From assembly GCF_002571385.2 (NCBI RefSeq), contig NW_019217912.1, positions 381,380 to 445,379 on the forward strand: a stretch of 64,000 nucleotides of DNA. The letters run 5' to 3'. The position numbers were made by a program, and so were the translations under genes. Under the pieces are notes generated by a model. It ran no database searches. It saw only the letters and a program-made list of their open reading frames with translations, and was not told the DNA's origin. This DNA is from Stylophora pistillata (lineage: Eukaryota). Shown one piece after another: positions 36,856 to 49,997 of the stretch (position 1 is the stretch's first letter; each line of letters opens with the position of its first letter).

Positions 36856-38966
36856 GGCACTTCGTAAATCGAATTAGCCACCAATATCCAAAATAAAAGA
36901 AAAAAAATGCAAATACGAAAATAAATTTTTTAAAAATATCTGGACTGAACTCTTAAAGCCCGGTTTGACCGCAGGGCCGTGTAATATATTTGTTCTCAGT
37001 ATTAACGAAATTAAGGAATAAAGTGAAGATGATTTATTTATTTTCTGTACTTCCTCGTTTATTTTGTTTCAAGTCAAATTTTTAAGGTCTTTCAGAACTG
37101 ACGCAGCAACTCGAGTCTAATTGCAAAAGATGTAGCAAAACTGACAAATCATTCGTCACCGGCTACCTTCACCTGGACAATCAAACTACATGCGACCCTT
37201 CTGTTGAATCGATTCGATGTTTCCAACCATCGTTGAACTGAGGAAAGAGGATGATCTTAATAAGACAACTTAATAGGAAACACATTTCTCCAACTAATCA
37301 GGAACAGTGTTCTTTAATACGACCATGACAGGACTGGATCTATGCGCTCTTCACGGTCCCCGAATGCGACGAAAGACAAGTTGTTACCACTCCTGATGGT
37401 AAACTGACACCATAGCTTCTTGCATGACACGGAAGTAAAGAGCTCTCAAGAGTGCAGTCTGATCGATAATGTTATCAAACCTGATGAAGTTAAATTCTGA
37501 CGGTTGTTCAGTTATAGTTTCTTTTCTTTATAAGTATTCGACTTACTTGGCACAAATCTCTGCCGTTAAGCGTAAGTTTGATGTCTTGCGTTCTTGCACT
37601 TTACCATTTGTAGGAACTACGCCGATTAAATTTTTTTACAAACGGTAGTTAAAAGGTTTCGTTATTTAGATTGATTACGATCTCTTCTTAAGGACTTAGA
37701 GGACGTTCAATCAATCTATTTCTGTATTCTTGTCACGACAAAACGGAATTGTTAAAAAATATTATTACAAGCACTAGTGCGAACTGGAAAGGTCACAATA
37801 GATAATCACCTCCTATTCAGCCAGTGCGTTCCAAAGAAGTGTTGTGCTAAAATCAACAGAAAATGATGATGGCTGTCGTCAAATTTACTATTTAAAAAAT
37901 AAAATAAATAAATAAATAACAACAACAATTAGATAGAAACATGATCAAAAGGCGACTTCCGGTTTAGCGTAAGTATGAAATGGCTGATGCACCATAATGG
38001 CTATGCCAATTAGAACCCCCTGAATTGCTAAAGTCATTTGCTTATATTTGCTAGTTGTTAATTGTGCAATGGAATATGACTTACACACAAAACAATGGCA
38101 GGATGTAGATAAGTAAATTGTTTACAGTGCTCAAGCATTCACCTCAACCGAAGCGTTTTTGATGAGGAGCAGCAATGCTTTTGACGTTGGATGAAAGAAA
38201 CTGTAAAATGACAACGGTCGATGATAAAAAAAAAAAAACACCCACGAGCAAAAGCAAACTCAAAAAGGGACAAGGATTGTTAAGGAAGGCGAAAATGAGA
38301 AAAATTGACTAAATTTTTTATGATGTAAGTAACGTAACCTTTCTCGTGAAACGCTTTCTTTTTCGAAGCAAGCAAAGCATATTGAATGTTTATACTCTAG
38401 AAATTGGCTCCTTAACTCTGAGGATGTACTTTAAAATAACTATTTCGGTCAAAACCTTTTAATCAAAGTATAAAAAATTTTTTTTTTCTACACTGTATAA
38501 CTAAGCCTCATTTGTCACATATAGAACTTCTAAAATTTAGCTCATAATTAGGCTTTGAAATCCACTTTAGCCCTCTCGCACGTCTAAGTGATAAGGTCAG
38601 TTGTCGGGTATCAGGATATACAAGGAATAACATCGTTATTCCTTTACAATCATGGTACCAGAAAACAGCTCCACACCCATTCTCTGAAAAGAAAAAAGAA
38701 CGGAAATACCCTGACGACTCTTTTTCTTATTTTATTTGAAAAGACAACAATTCCACTTCTGTGTTGAACTGACAATTCTTTCCGTCTGGAAACTAATTTG
38801 CAAGATACATCACTTTTCATGCCTGAATGAAATCGCTACCATCTGTCTCCTCGACAATGGGAATTTATGGACGACTTGAAAGCGGCACCTGCTCCTTAAT
38901 CTTGAGATTCCGTGATTTCAATTCATTTACTTCATAAGAGGGGTGAAGAGCTCTTGTCTTCTCGTC

Positions 38967-39975
38967 ATGAAAGCTTTCACTGTTTTCGGGTTGTTACTAG
39001 TTTTGCTAGTTGTCAAAGTGACGTTTTCCCACGGTGGAGGGGAAGGCACAAACCTTCCTCACTACGAAGAAAGAATGGAATCCACAGAACAAAGCAGTTA
39101 TATCGAAAAGAGAGAATATGTAGAGAAGATGCTGGGTCCTGACTCGGGCGTCGAGGGTTTGCAACAAAAGATTGGAAGAAGAAAGGCAGAAAGATTAAAC
39201 GATGACGACGAAAGAGCAACCGAAAAGGGACGAGGGCAAGAAAAAAGTCCTCAGAAACGTTCTCATCCTAACGTCTGCCCACCTGGATGGATCTCACCGT
39301 GGGATTACGCTGGTTCACACGGAGTATACGGCTCAAATTGTGGCATGTGTGATGGAGGCTTTGGTGGGGATGGATTTGACTCTGGGTGTGGCTATGGTGA
39401 GTGTGTCGGATGTGGTGGATGTTGCGGCGGTTACGATGGATGCGAATACGGTAAATTCTATGGTGGAATATTTCGTCCGGGTGGTCGTCGTTTCCCGCGG
39501 CTGTTTAGCGACGGGCGTATTCAGCACGTTTGGTTGAGTAAGTGAAATAAACCGTGAATGTTTCAAATGTTTTTTCATTCACCTTAGTTACCAGAACGAT
39601 GTCCTTGTAAGTGTAAAATGAAGTGTTTACAGTGATAACTGATGGTGTAATAAAATAACTATTTGTGATTATATTAAGTCCATCATACCCTGGCATTAAG
39701 GCTAAAAATTCCCTGTTTCAGATTTTACTACTTTAAGGCTCCTTTCATTGAATTCATTCTAGTGAACCTGAACATGAATGCCTCTCAACAGGGAAAACTG
39801 AATTAATAGTAAAACTTAGCTTTAAGTATTAGTGTTACTTAATTATCCTTTACAATGCTTAACAATCCAAGTTTCCCAGGTAAATTATGTCACCTTATAA
39901 TTAATTGTTCTCACAGGAGATGGCCGAACAAGAAGATTTATTCCTTCTCCGTTGCTGGTCCCGCGAAACTTTTAG
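38967..39975 (+). CDS. Secreted precursor (~209 aa), Gly/Cys-rich mature region; exons 38967-39537 and probably 39917-39975 (unspliced alternative ends 39545)
   Basis: Signal MKAFTVFGLLLVLLVVKVTFS; charged pro region; QKR-SHPNVCPPGW...CGYGECVGCGGCCGGYDGC; donor A|GTAAGT at 39538. Confidence 0.72.
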
Positions 39976-40762
39976 CACTAAGTTATGTATTTCTTTAACG
40001 AGAATTAAGAATTTGAAATCACAAATCCTGTCTCCAAGAGATGTAAATTAAAAAAGTACGTAAATGAAGAATTGAATAAAAACCATACACTACTAATATC
40101 TCAGTATCCTTTATTTGAGTGTTAGCAACTTAACTTTTTTGTTGTTTTCATCAAGATCAAAAATAAAATGAAAATTTAAAATTTGCCTTTAATCCTTGCT
40201 CTTCTATATAACTTTTTTTAAATGAATTTTTCGTAAAATTTAAACCTTATGATGACGACCAAAGATAATAAATCAGTCATTAAGTAAGAGGCTTTAAAAT
40301 AATAAACCTCATAACTGTTACCGTTAGTTTGGTATTGTGTACAGGTAATTCAACAGACACTAGAAAATGTTTGCTTGAGAGAAAACAGAAAATTTGCAAC
40401 GAGTTACATACATGTGTTTGAAAAACTCTGAAACTTGCTAGTTTACCCCCTTTAACTTCATCAAAACTTATTTAATGGGCGGAGAAGGAAAAAAGGGCGG
40501 AGAAACGTCAAAAGCCACCAAAAATACCAGCGAGTTACGGTCAATCTCTCCTACGACATCGCGGCCTAATATGCCATACCTGGGTTATTTCGGAGCTAAA
40601 CAATGCTTTGGTTTCATTAACGTGATAAGCTTGTGAAATGGAGAGAATTCGGACCTGACTAAAAACTCGCATCTGCTCATACTATGGTTCTTGGCATCTC
40701 CTACTTCATTTCACGCTTCAACATCAGAAAATAAACCCCGACCGCAAAGCATAGAGTAAATT

Positions 40763-41901
40763 ATGGAAAGGTTCACACATTTGTTACTTCTTCTTTTTGC
40801 ATCGTTTCTTTCATCTTCGGGGAAGACAATTCACCGTTTGAAACAAAGTGACAAAGAAGTCAAAAGAAAAATGGAAGCTGATAAAGTGGATATCGGGAAC
40901 TACATTGATTCTAAGGGGCGGGAAGTGAGACCAATTGAACCTGGCTACATTCACCAACATTTTAGCAAGAAGAGTAAATACGAAGAAAGTGCAGCCAGTC
41001 CAAAAGAGCGTAGACATTGTTTCTGTGGGATTCCACGAAGCTATAGTTGCCCAGACGGATTCATTGCGACGCAGGTTCATTGGAACGACGCGCCTCTAAC
41101 CGGTCCACTTATGCCTCCTAATCTGCCGACAGTGGGTCCACCTTTTGGCATTGGAGATGAACAGGCTTGGCTCCAAGATTCTTATGATGGCGAACTACAG
41201 CAAGATGTTTACGGCTGGAATTGGAAAGAGAGGTTAAATGACAATGTCCAGGCGGGACCTCAGCATGATGCAAGTCCGTGTATGCAACAAGGATGGTGTT
41301 GTGAGTAGAAATTAGAGTTCTCTTAACGGCCTGGGTTGACCTGCTTTTTATCATGGTTTTCTTATTAACGGATAAAGTGTAGGAGAATTGTTTCGTTTGT
41401 AAGATTAGTGCCATCACTCGAAATTTTTCGAGTACAGACGAAGGGTTAACCTTCTACTGAAAAGCCAGCTTTAGAAACTCTTCACGATAGCAAATTTACA
41501 TTATCATCTCAGTCAGAAAATTATCGGAGTTAAATAGACCATAGTGTCTTTTTTTTCTGCGCAAATTACGTAATAGCCACTGCCATTCAATAGAAATATA
41601 TTTTTGAAAAATGCACGCTTTTTCACGAAGAATCAATTTCACACAAGCTTCTTTGAAGAGCTATAACTGCAAGTCTATTTTTTCAAAAACTTATTGGAAT
41701 ACTCGGGACCTGATTGAGCCTCTCGAAGAGGCACAAACATAAGAACAATGAAGTTATTGACATTATGTGAGGGTAATTGCTTGTTTTATAGGTTGCGGAG
41801 ACGAACCAACCAACAAGGAATCTGATGCTGTGAAACCTGACAAGACGCCTACGCAACAGGAGGAGAAAGACACTGATCGCATAATAATAAATATTGCCTG
41901 A
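40763..41901 (+). CDS. Secreted precursor (~215 aa); exons 40763-41300, 41792-41901
   Basis: Signal MERFTHLLLLLFASFLSSSG; ERR-HCFCGIPRSYSCPDG; donor T|GTGAGT and acceptor TTTTATAG|GT give WCCCGDEPTNKESD...NIA*. Confidence 0.75.
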
Positions 41902-42710
41902 TCAGGAAAAACGTTATTAGATCGGGGGGACGAGAAAAAGATCGATAAAACGACAGTGCTTAAATGGAGTAAACCTCCTACACAACTTAAACAACATGAC
42001 CACATTCTCGTAAATTTTTCCAGAGATAAAAATGCTGGGGAAATTGTATAATTGCTGTGTTGTATATTTGTTTAAGTTCACCAAGCGTCGATGGAAATGT
42101 CGCATGAAAATAGAACGCAAAAATTCTGTGTTGTTGTAGACACAGTTGCTGTGCTTTTCTTTTTACTGATCATATTTGCCTCTGGGTGAAATTTACTACA
42201 GAAATAATATTTAAACTAAACGATTCGATCGGAGAAATCTCCACCGCGTTCTCGTCTTCACTTGATGATATGTTTTGTTATGTCAGGTGAAATTGAATAA
42301 TTAACACATGTAATTATGAGCGTGTAAAGGCTTTTCCCGGAAAGATGGTCATAGTAGGACCACAAGCAACTTATTGTTCTACTTTGGTTCATAAACTGTC
42401 GCTACCAAACGTTCTTCATTCGTTGTAAACCTAAAAATTATAAAAAAGTTTACCTCCGAGGCTGCACAAATTGAATCTGCGAAAATTTATTTTTAAAGAT
42501 GAGCCAAATCTTGATAGATCTGAGGTGTTTCAACTATATTTTTAATTAAACTTATTCACGATTTGCATTGTTAATGAGTGGATGGCTGATAGTAAAAAAT
42601 TCCTTTCATGGTTTTAATTTTGAAAGTCTGACCTCAAAGATACCATTGTAGGTAAGACTCTCAGCTACCAGAAATCCAAGACTTCGATTGCAATCTAATC
42701 AATCGCCAAT

Positions 42711-43867
42711 ATGTCGGGATTTGGAATTGCTCATCTAAACATTTTTCTTTGCCTACTTGGTTTTACAATGGCTCTCGATGACTCTCACGCATTTTTCATG
42801 AGAACACACAGAGAGTCAATTGACGACGACCAAGTATTAGGATCAAGTAAATCGTCTCAAACCTCGGACTCAGAGAACCGACCAAAACTAGATGACCACA
42901 GTAATCGACGCTTCAAAAATCCCAAGAAAGTCCGTAATAAGAAAAGGTGCTTTCTAGGCTGTCCCTATGATTGTCCTGGTGGCCTCGAAGACACACTATT
43001 AGACTGCTCTCGTCCATGGGGTTGGGGTCCGGGTCCTCTGTACCCGGAGTATGGACCGCATTTTCATCGCGGCTGGGCTGGACACGGTGGTCCATTTGGA
43101 TGTAATAACTGCGGTTGTGGAGGTCCCTGGAGAGTTCCTGGTTGCCCGTGTGGCTGTAATAACCACGGCTGGATTTGTAAGTCAATTCAAAGCCTGTTTT
43201 TACTCTAATTATATATTTCCATGTTGTTTTTTCTTAAATGGAGTAACGTATGACGTATAAAAATGCAAGCTTTCCATTAAGCCTGTACGTTTGGAAAGCA
43301 ACACGATCGCTGACAGGCCATCAGTGTAACTTCGTTGAACATATTTATTAAGTTTGAAACATATTCATCTCGCTGACTGACTACTGTTTAGGTTGTGGTC
43401 AAGGTGGTGGTGAAGGCGGTGCCAATGATTGTCCGAAATTTAACGACGATGTTTCATCCAACGAGAAACCTCGACAAGGGGGGGCTCTGACACTTTTTCA
43501 TCCTTTCTTTGGAAAAAAAGTACATTTTAAGGGTCCATTTAAAGTGACACAGGGCAAAAACGTTCAACGAGGATATCGAAGGCAGGAGATCACTTACGGT
43601 GCTACCCCTAATTACGGATATGGATGGGGGAATGGATATGGATGGGGAAATGAGTATGGATGGGGGCAGCCATCAGTATATCAAGATCCTTACCAGGGAA
43701 CCTATGGTAACTGGCAAGTTCCTCAGCAAACTCAGCAAACTCAGCAAACGTGCCCAGACTGCCCGTTAGACAAGGTTGTTGGTAGTTTATTCCTATGGAG
43801 ACCTAAGGGACCAGCTAAACCAGCCAATATAGGGAAACCAGCTACGAGACGGAAAAAAAATCCATAA
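42711..43867 (+). CDS. Secreted precursor (~313 aa), Cys/Gly/Trp/Pro-rich segment plus GYGWGN repeats; exons 42711-43176, 43392-43867
   Basis: Signal MSGFGIAHLNIFLCLLGFTMA; KKR-CFLGCPYDCPGG; donor T|GTAAGT; exon 2 reads in frame into ORF 43544-43867 (RRQEITY...GYGWGNGYGWGNEYGWG). Confidence 0.78.
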
Positions 43868-45167
43868 CTGCAGGTTTAACTACGTGGAAAGGCCCCAACA
43901 AGGACACAAGTCCATAAAAGATAATACCATGATATTTAAATTCTTAGCTTAAGAAGACAAGGTGAAGTTTTCCTTCAGGTACATGAAATAGATTCCAGAC
44001 ACGGTTACGAACTGTTCTTTCTATTTTGACTGAAAGCACAAATTCCAGTTGAGACCTAGTGCATTCCTCGGAAAGAAAAGGCATCAGAGCATTTTATGGT
44101 AAAGTAATGAGTAACCTGCAAACTGCACATTCCAACTGATTCAGTTAACAATATTTTACAAATATGATAGAATATCCACAGTTATGTTAAAAGTGTTAAA
44201 GAGAGTAACAGTTTTACAAAATAAGCTTCATAAGAGCGTCAACTTCGTGTAAACTGTACGTCCTCAATAAAATTTGCTTATTTTCACGCAATTTATGTTG
44301 GAAGTGTTTCTTCAGCCAAAAATCGGCCACTAGGATCCTATGCTAAGTTCCAGGGACCATAACCGCAGAGTTATTTCTTGCTAACTCGAAAACTCCGTTT
44401 CCCATCGTTAATGGGTCAAGCAGTACCAGATACTGTACATTTTCAAAATCTCACTCCTGCATGCAGTGTTACATTACCAGCAGAGGCTTCTAAGGGAAGT
44501 TTACCAAAGCTTTGGTATACAATCCTTTTACCTATCAGTTATGCGGTACACAGGGTTAAAACGCAATTATGAGGATTATCGTGGTTAAGGCATCCGAAAA
44601 AAGAAATTATTACGATGCTTTTTTTGGTCAAACTTCACGATACATTCCCAGGTAACGCACTCACTTATATGACGAACTTGAACAAACGAAAGCAACTACA
44701 AAATGCAGACTAAGAGGAGAAATTAGAATGAATAGATCCCTCGTTATCAAATGGAAAATAAGGCAATACCGGTGTTTCTTCTGTTTTAGACACTTGATGT
44801 CTTCATCATACGCTGAGGAATACTTTTTATATCCTTCACATGTGGAGGTTAATCTCGTCCTGGTAGCAAGGTACATTTTTGTGCTAGGGCATTTCATGCA
44901 AGGCGTTGCCTCCGCGATGAGGAGGCTAACTTTGTTGTTGTGTTTTTTTTTTTAGAGAACAAGAGCTGAGATTTCAAGTGGGTGAACTCCACATTCTGCG
45001 CTTTTGAAATTCATTGCATAAATTTCTTCACCTCAAATATTTCATATAAATCTGTATAATAACAGATGTTCACACGTTCGTTGTTGGGCATGAGTTAATT
45101 TTCTCGCGTTCTCGATAAAATTCGCGTCCACGCACCCCTGTGTGATGTCCTCCATAGATTTTCATAT

Positions 45168-45510
45168 AGAGCGCTTTTCGATCGAGTGTGATAAAACCAA
45201 AACCAAAGCAGTCCCAAAGGTCAAACAAGAAGGGAAAATACCATTAATAGCCTATTAGAGCTCAAAGTAATCACAACGGCCAATCAGAAGACGGGAATTG
45301 CCATCAATAGTCTATTAGAGCTCAAAGTAAAACCGACCAAACTGCCTAGAGCGCAGGAAAATGCGAGCGACCAAGTCGCGATTGGTTTTAGTTTTGCATC
45401 TGATTGGTTGAGAGAGTGGCGCAAGTTTTTTTGGACCAATCATGTAGCGAAGTAAAGCAAAGCAATCCAGGATTATTACTTACACTCAATTAAAGAAAAA
45501 CACTGCTCTA
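45168..45510. mobile_element. MITE-like repeat with internal ~60-bp duplication
   Basis: tagagcg.. / ..ctgctcta ends; duplicated ccat.aatag.ctattagagctcaaagtaa. Confidence 0.55.
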
Positions 45511-46265
45511 AGTTGTCTTTTTCAACTTGTGCTCTTGTGAAGAAGTTCTTTGAAAAAGCTAAAGCAAATTTAAGAGAGCTTTTTGAGATATAAATTGATA
45601 TGCTTTATCCTTGCACTTAAATCATCAGTTCTGAGCTCTTGAAGAGTGCTTAAATGTTTGTATTTGCCATATAAGCTTGTCATATCATACAACTCTGTTC
45701 AAGTTCAACTCACTATTTAGAATAAAGAGGCCAAAGCCGTGTAGTAATAAGAAATGCGACAATTAGATTTAGGAAACGTCAGTCCACGAGTATCAAGGAT
45801 AATAGTTTATAAAAGGCTTTTAAGTGTATAAACATCCCCTAACGCTAATGGCTACATCCCTATCTAATGAAGCGTGTAAATGTTGTCAAGGACACAAGCA
45901 TGTCGTCTTTGTTCCTAAGTTGATTTGTAAAAAAAAAAGTGGGCGTTCCTGTCATGTGCACCATTAAAAAAGAAGCAAACATATCAGCACTCACTCCAAA
46001 AAACTTCATCTTAACACTTCACTCCGATGCAAAAGAGAACATCATTAGTGATAACTGCTGCTTGCGATTTTTTTTTTCATCTATCAGAAGCACCGATTCG
46101 GACTACCTTAAACTACCCCATGGGGTTTAGAGGGCATAAGGCTGATAAGTTGTTTATTTTACAAGATACATAAATGATGTCATGTATCAAGTCTTCAAGG
46201 TGTATCATAACATTAGGTCATAATTTCTTTGTGATATCAGGGATGTCTAAAGGGAAGAAGAGAAG

Positions 46266-47653
46266 ATGATTTTTACTAAGATTTTTCTCATTGTTTCTCT
46301 CCTCTTAATACTCTTTAAAACGGAGACTTGCGAAGGCGTCCACCGCGAGAGAAAGAAGGAAGACGCTCATAATGAAATAACCGCTCTGAGAGGCAGAATA
46401 AGAAACCATAATCTGAACCTCGATAACCCAAGAATGGTAAAGGGAGGGAAAAGAAGAGTCTCATGTTTTTTCTCTCCTCAAAAGCTCAAAGCTCGACGAT
46501 CTCGTCATATATCAAAGCGTTGCTTTGATGTCAACCCATACGGTTTTTCTCCACCCGCGGTATCCTACCCATGTGGAGGCATGAGTTGGCCTACGGTTCC
46601 TGATCCGTGGTGGCCAGAATACGGCTGGATGGACGGATGTGGCTATCCCCTGCCAGGAGGTGGACCGTGGAGTCAACCGTATCCATGGTTCCCTCCTGGA
46701 TGTGGTTGTTGCTGTCGTACGTATTATTCGTGTACTTAACAAGACATTCATGCTGAACTTAAAGGATTATATTTGATAGATAATTTGGGATGTGAAATCA
46801 ATTTAATTGACTTATGAAACAATATATTGAGCAGTCAAAGAAATACAGCTGCTATATTTTATTTTGCAAAGCTTGAAAAGGAGTTAACGTTCCTGCACCT
46901 ATTTGGCTATTTCACATCTTTTCACTGATAAGGCATTACAAAACACAAACCTTAGAACGTAAGGCTAGTGTTCTCCGCAGGCTATTGACTGGCATGTAGA
47001 AGTAGAGAGCGCTATTTATGCAATAGCGAAAATCAGACCTGAAAAAAATCAGGCCTGTACGGGATTCGAACCACTGACCTCTGCGATACTAGTGCAGCGC
47101 TCTACCAATTGAGCTAACAAGCCAACTGGGAGCAGTCCGTTAAGTTGATTCGTAATAAACCCGTGATGATAAATCAGATACGATGAATATATGAAGTTCA
47201 TATATTTTGAACTGCGGTTATAGATACGTAAGATGCACGATCCTTGCAGTAGAAGTAGAAGTAGAGTTGACGAATTTTTATTTTTCACTAGCAACGGAAG
47301 AAAGTGGCAAAGAAGAAGGTAAGCCGACCGAACCACCCACCGGCGGGAATCAGCCTACAAAGGAAACAAAACAGGCTAAGACACACCCAACCAGCCCTAG
47401 CGGAGGCAGTTCTGGCTCCGCAAGCCCTACGAGTAGCCAACCTACCACTGGCACGCAAGGTACCTTGGGGACCCTATCAACTGGTAGTACAGCCCGTGAC
47501 TCCTCAAGAAACCTCAGACTGCATTCACCAACCGCCTCGGTGCTAAGAAGCCGTTTGAAGTCTCTTAAAGACAGAGCGAGGCTTATGAAACAGCATGTGC
47601 TGAGAAAAAATTTTCCTGGACGCTCTTTGAAAGTTATCGTGGAGAACCTCTGA
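46266..47653 (+). CDS. Secreted precursor (~270 aa), Pro/Trp/Gly/Cys-rich segment then Thr/Ser/Pro-rich tail; exons 46266-46716, 47292-47653
   Basis: Signal MIFTKIFLIVSLLLILFKTETCEG; SKR-CFDVNPYG...PPGCGCCC; donor C|GTACGT and acceptor CACTAG|CA join in frame to ORF 47207-47653. Confidence 0.75.
47008..47254 (-). mobile_element. Single copy of the 251-bp tRNA-Thr-derived repeat, in an intron
   Basis: Reverse complement of the 20601 unit, diverged; flanked by direct repeat gtagaagtagag (46996-47007, 47255-47266). Confidence 0.85.
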
Positions 47654-48221
47654 GACTGAGTGTACGCACAGTAGACTTCAGTGCTTATGATAGCCCAAAA
47701 TCATTCTTCCCAAGGATCAAAGTAGTACAGACCAAAATAGGAATCAAAGTGTAATTCACCTTAAATGGAATAATGTTATGTATTAATTTAACTGTTAGAT
47801 AAGTAGTAAAGCCTAAGCAAGGCAAATAGAAACTTTGTTAACTTTCCAAAGTAAACCTGCACTCGAGGAACATCCCTCATTTAGCCTTGATTAATTTGCT
47901 GTATTATTGGGTCTTTAAAAAGAGTTAAAAACGTATGCTTCTAGCCATGTATGTACTTATTCAAAATGATGTTAGAACGTCAAACCCACCATGTTCTGTT
48001 TAAGTCAAGTCGCTTCCATAGAATTGGATCGATGCTAATCCCTTATTTGGAACTTTACAAACATCGCCTTCAGCTTCATTGAATTCTTAGACATCCTCTC
48101 GTGTTTATTTCAATTCTCTTAGATTAGATATGTAGGCCGATATTTGCCCTCTGTTATCTAACCCGATTTCTTTTTTAACTTTGTGGCATGTGATTCCTTT
48201 TCTTTTTTACTTCTGTGAAGT

Positions 48222-49997
48222 TCAAGCATTGGCATGTATCGCATTAGCGATAATTACAGGATCCAATTTCAGTCCTATAGCACCTACTACAGAACTTTCT
48301 TTGGGACTGAGTAGGTCAGCCTTCTGTCTTTCCTTTCTTTTCTGCTTTCCTTTCATCTGGAAAGTAGATATTACATCCAAATGAAATCCTTGGTTAGCTG
48401 AGTTGAATCCCCTCAATGAGCCATTTCCTTTTTTCAATGATTTGTGGAATTTTAAATGGCGGTTAAGTTTCCCTCGCCTACTCTCGACGGAAGGCCGCGA
48501 GACGCGCTCTGTGTTGAATTCGCTTTTGTACTCAGGATAATTGGTATCAACATCTTCCTTTTCCGACGGATCGAAATGCAACATACCTTGGTCTTCTGTT
48601 ACAATAGAACTAGGTTCTATTTCGTGTTCAGTTCCCCATTGCTGATAGTTGCCCCATTTGACAGTTTCCCTGAGGTCTTCTGAGTTATTGACCATCTTCC
48701 GATCCTCTTCATGCACTCCATCATACTCGTTAGGACTCTTTATTTTGTTTTTGCTGTGCGTCCAGAGATCGTGAAGTCTCTCTGGTTTCTCCAGAAGTTT
48801 TAGGTCAGAGCTGAAATCGTTGAAATCTCTAAACGGTGGTCGACTATACCTGGAAGGATGATTGGACTGGACAAAATGCATATCGCTATACTGATACTCG
48901 GGATAATGATGGACATTTGACATATCTGATGGATTCATTGCCCAAGGAGATCTCATTCCCATAAAATGAGGGAAATATCCTTGGAATGTCCAATAAGATG
49001 GATGCTGAAACCTCATAGGATGATGCAGACAATGTGGAGAGAAGTGAGAATGATACTGCATGTCAAACGGGTAAATTGGCCTGTGTAGGTAAGGAAACCA
49101 AGGTCTAAGATGTAATGGCTGACCAAGCACAACTTGAGGGTGAAAAGCTGGTGCTTCGTCTTGTGCTTTCGATTTTGGTTCATCGTTCAGCTTCAATTTA
49201 ACGTCTATGTTTGGGCCTTCCTCGGTAGACTGGTGATCGTATTTCTTCGGTTTGGGGTGTTTGTGTTTACGCATTCGTTTACCTTTGAAGGGCTTTACGG
49301 GCGTTTTCGAAGAAAGTGCAAATGGATGTGCTGGTAGGCTTGTGATGTCAAACCGCTTAATAGTATCGATTTCTCGGCTAGGTTGATTCGTTTTCCTGCA
49401 GTCTACCAAGGAACCTGTTCAAGATGTGGAAACATTTTATTTTTTGGTCATGGAAAGTAGTACCAACCACATTTTAATATAGGGGGAGAAAAATTATGAT
49501 TGTAGGCGTTTTTTTGTCTTCGAGAAATTCGGACTTACAAAGAATAGGAGATTAGACCATAGTATTCCAATTTCCTCACACTATTCGCAAGGAAAGGCAA
49601 TTTGGTGAACCCTTGTTTTTTAGATGCACGTAGGCAATGTCAGTTTTTATGAGATAACGACAATAGCTAGTTACTTACAGCAAACTGGGGAAATAGGAAA
49701 TCCAATCCCAGAGGCACAATTAAAACCCCCGCAAGATGTTGCCGGCATGACACCACAGGGTCCTCCGAGAAATACCATTCCCTGTTTAGAAAGGCAATCT
49801 GAGAAAGACGAGAAACCGTGAGGAATACGTTGGTATTTAAGGCCATGGTTTGAAAGGTGTTCAGTCTTAGTTTTGTTCTCTTTGTCAGTGATGTCATGTC
49901 CCTCTAACAATGCGCTGAGTTTATGTGCGAAATCTGCATGTATTGTTAGTAGGAAAAGGTAGAAACTAATTCGAGTTCCACGGTGTAAAGGCAACAT
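48222..49997 (-). CDS. Probable secreted precursor (~503 aa): short Cys-rich segment, then His/Pro/Phe-rich and charged regions; exons 49997-49679, 49414-48222
   Basis: Hydrophobic N-terminus (ISFYLFLLTIHADFA); GGPCGVMPATSCGGFNCASG...PVCC; donor T|GTAAGT and acceptor GAACAG|GT continue into the 395-aa ORF. Confidence 0.7.
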
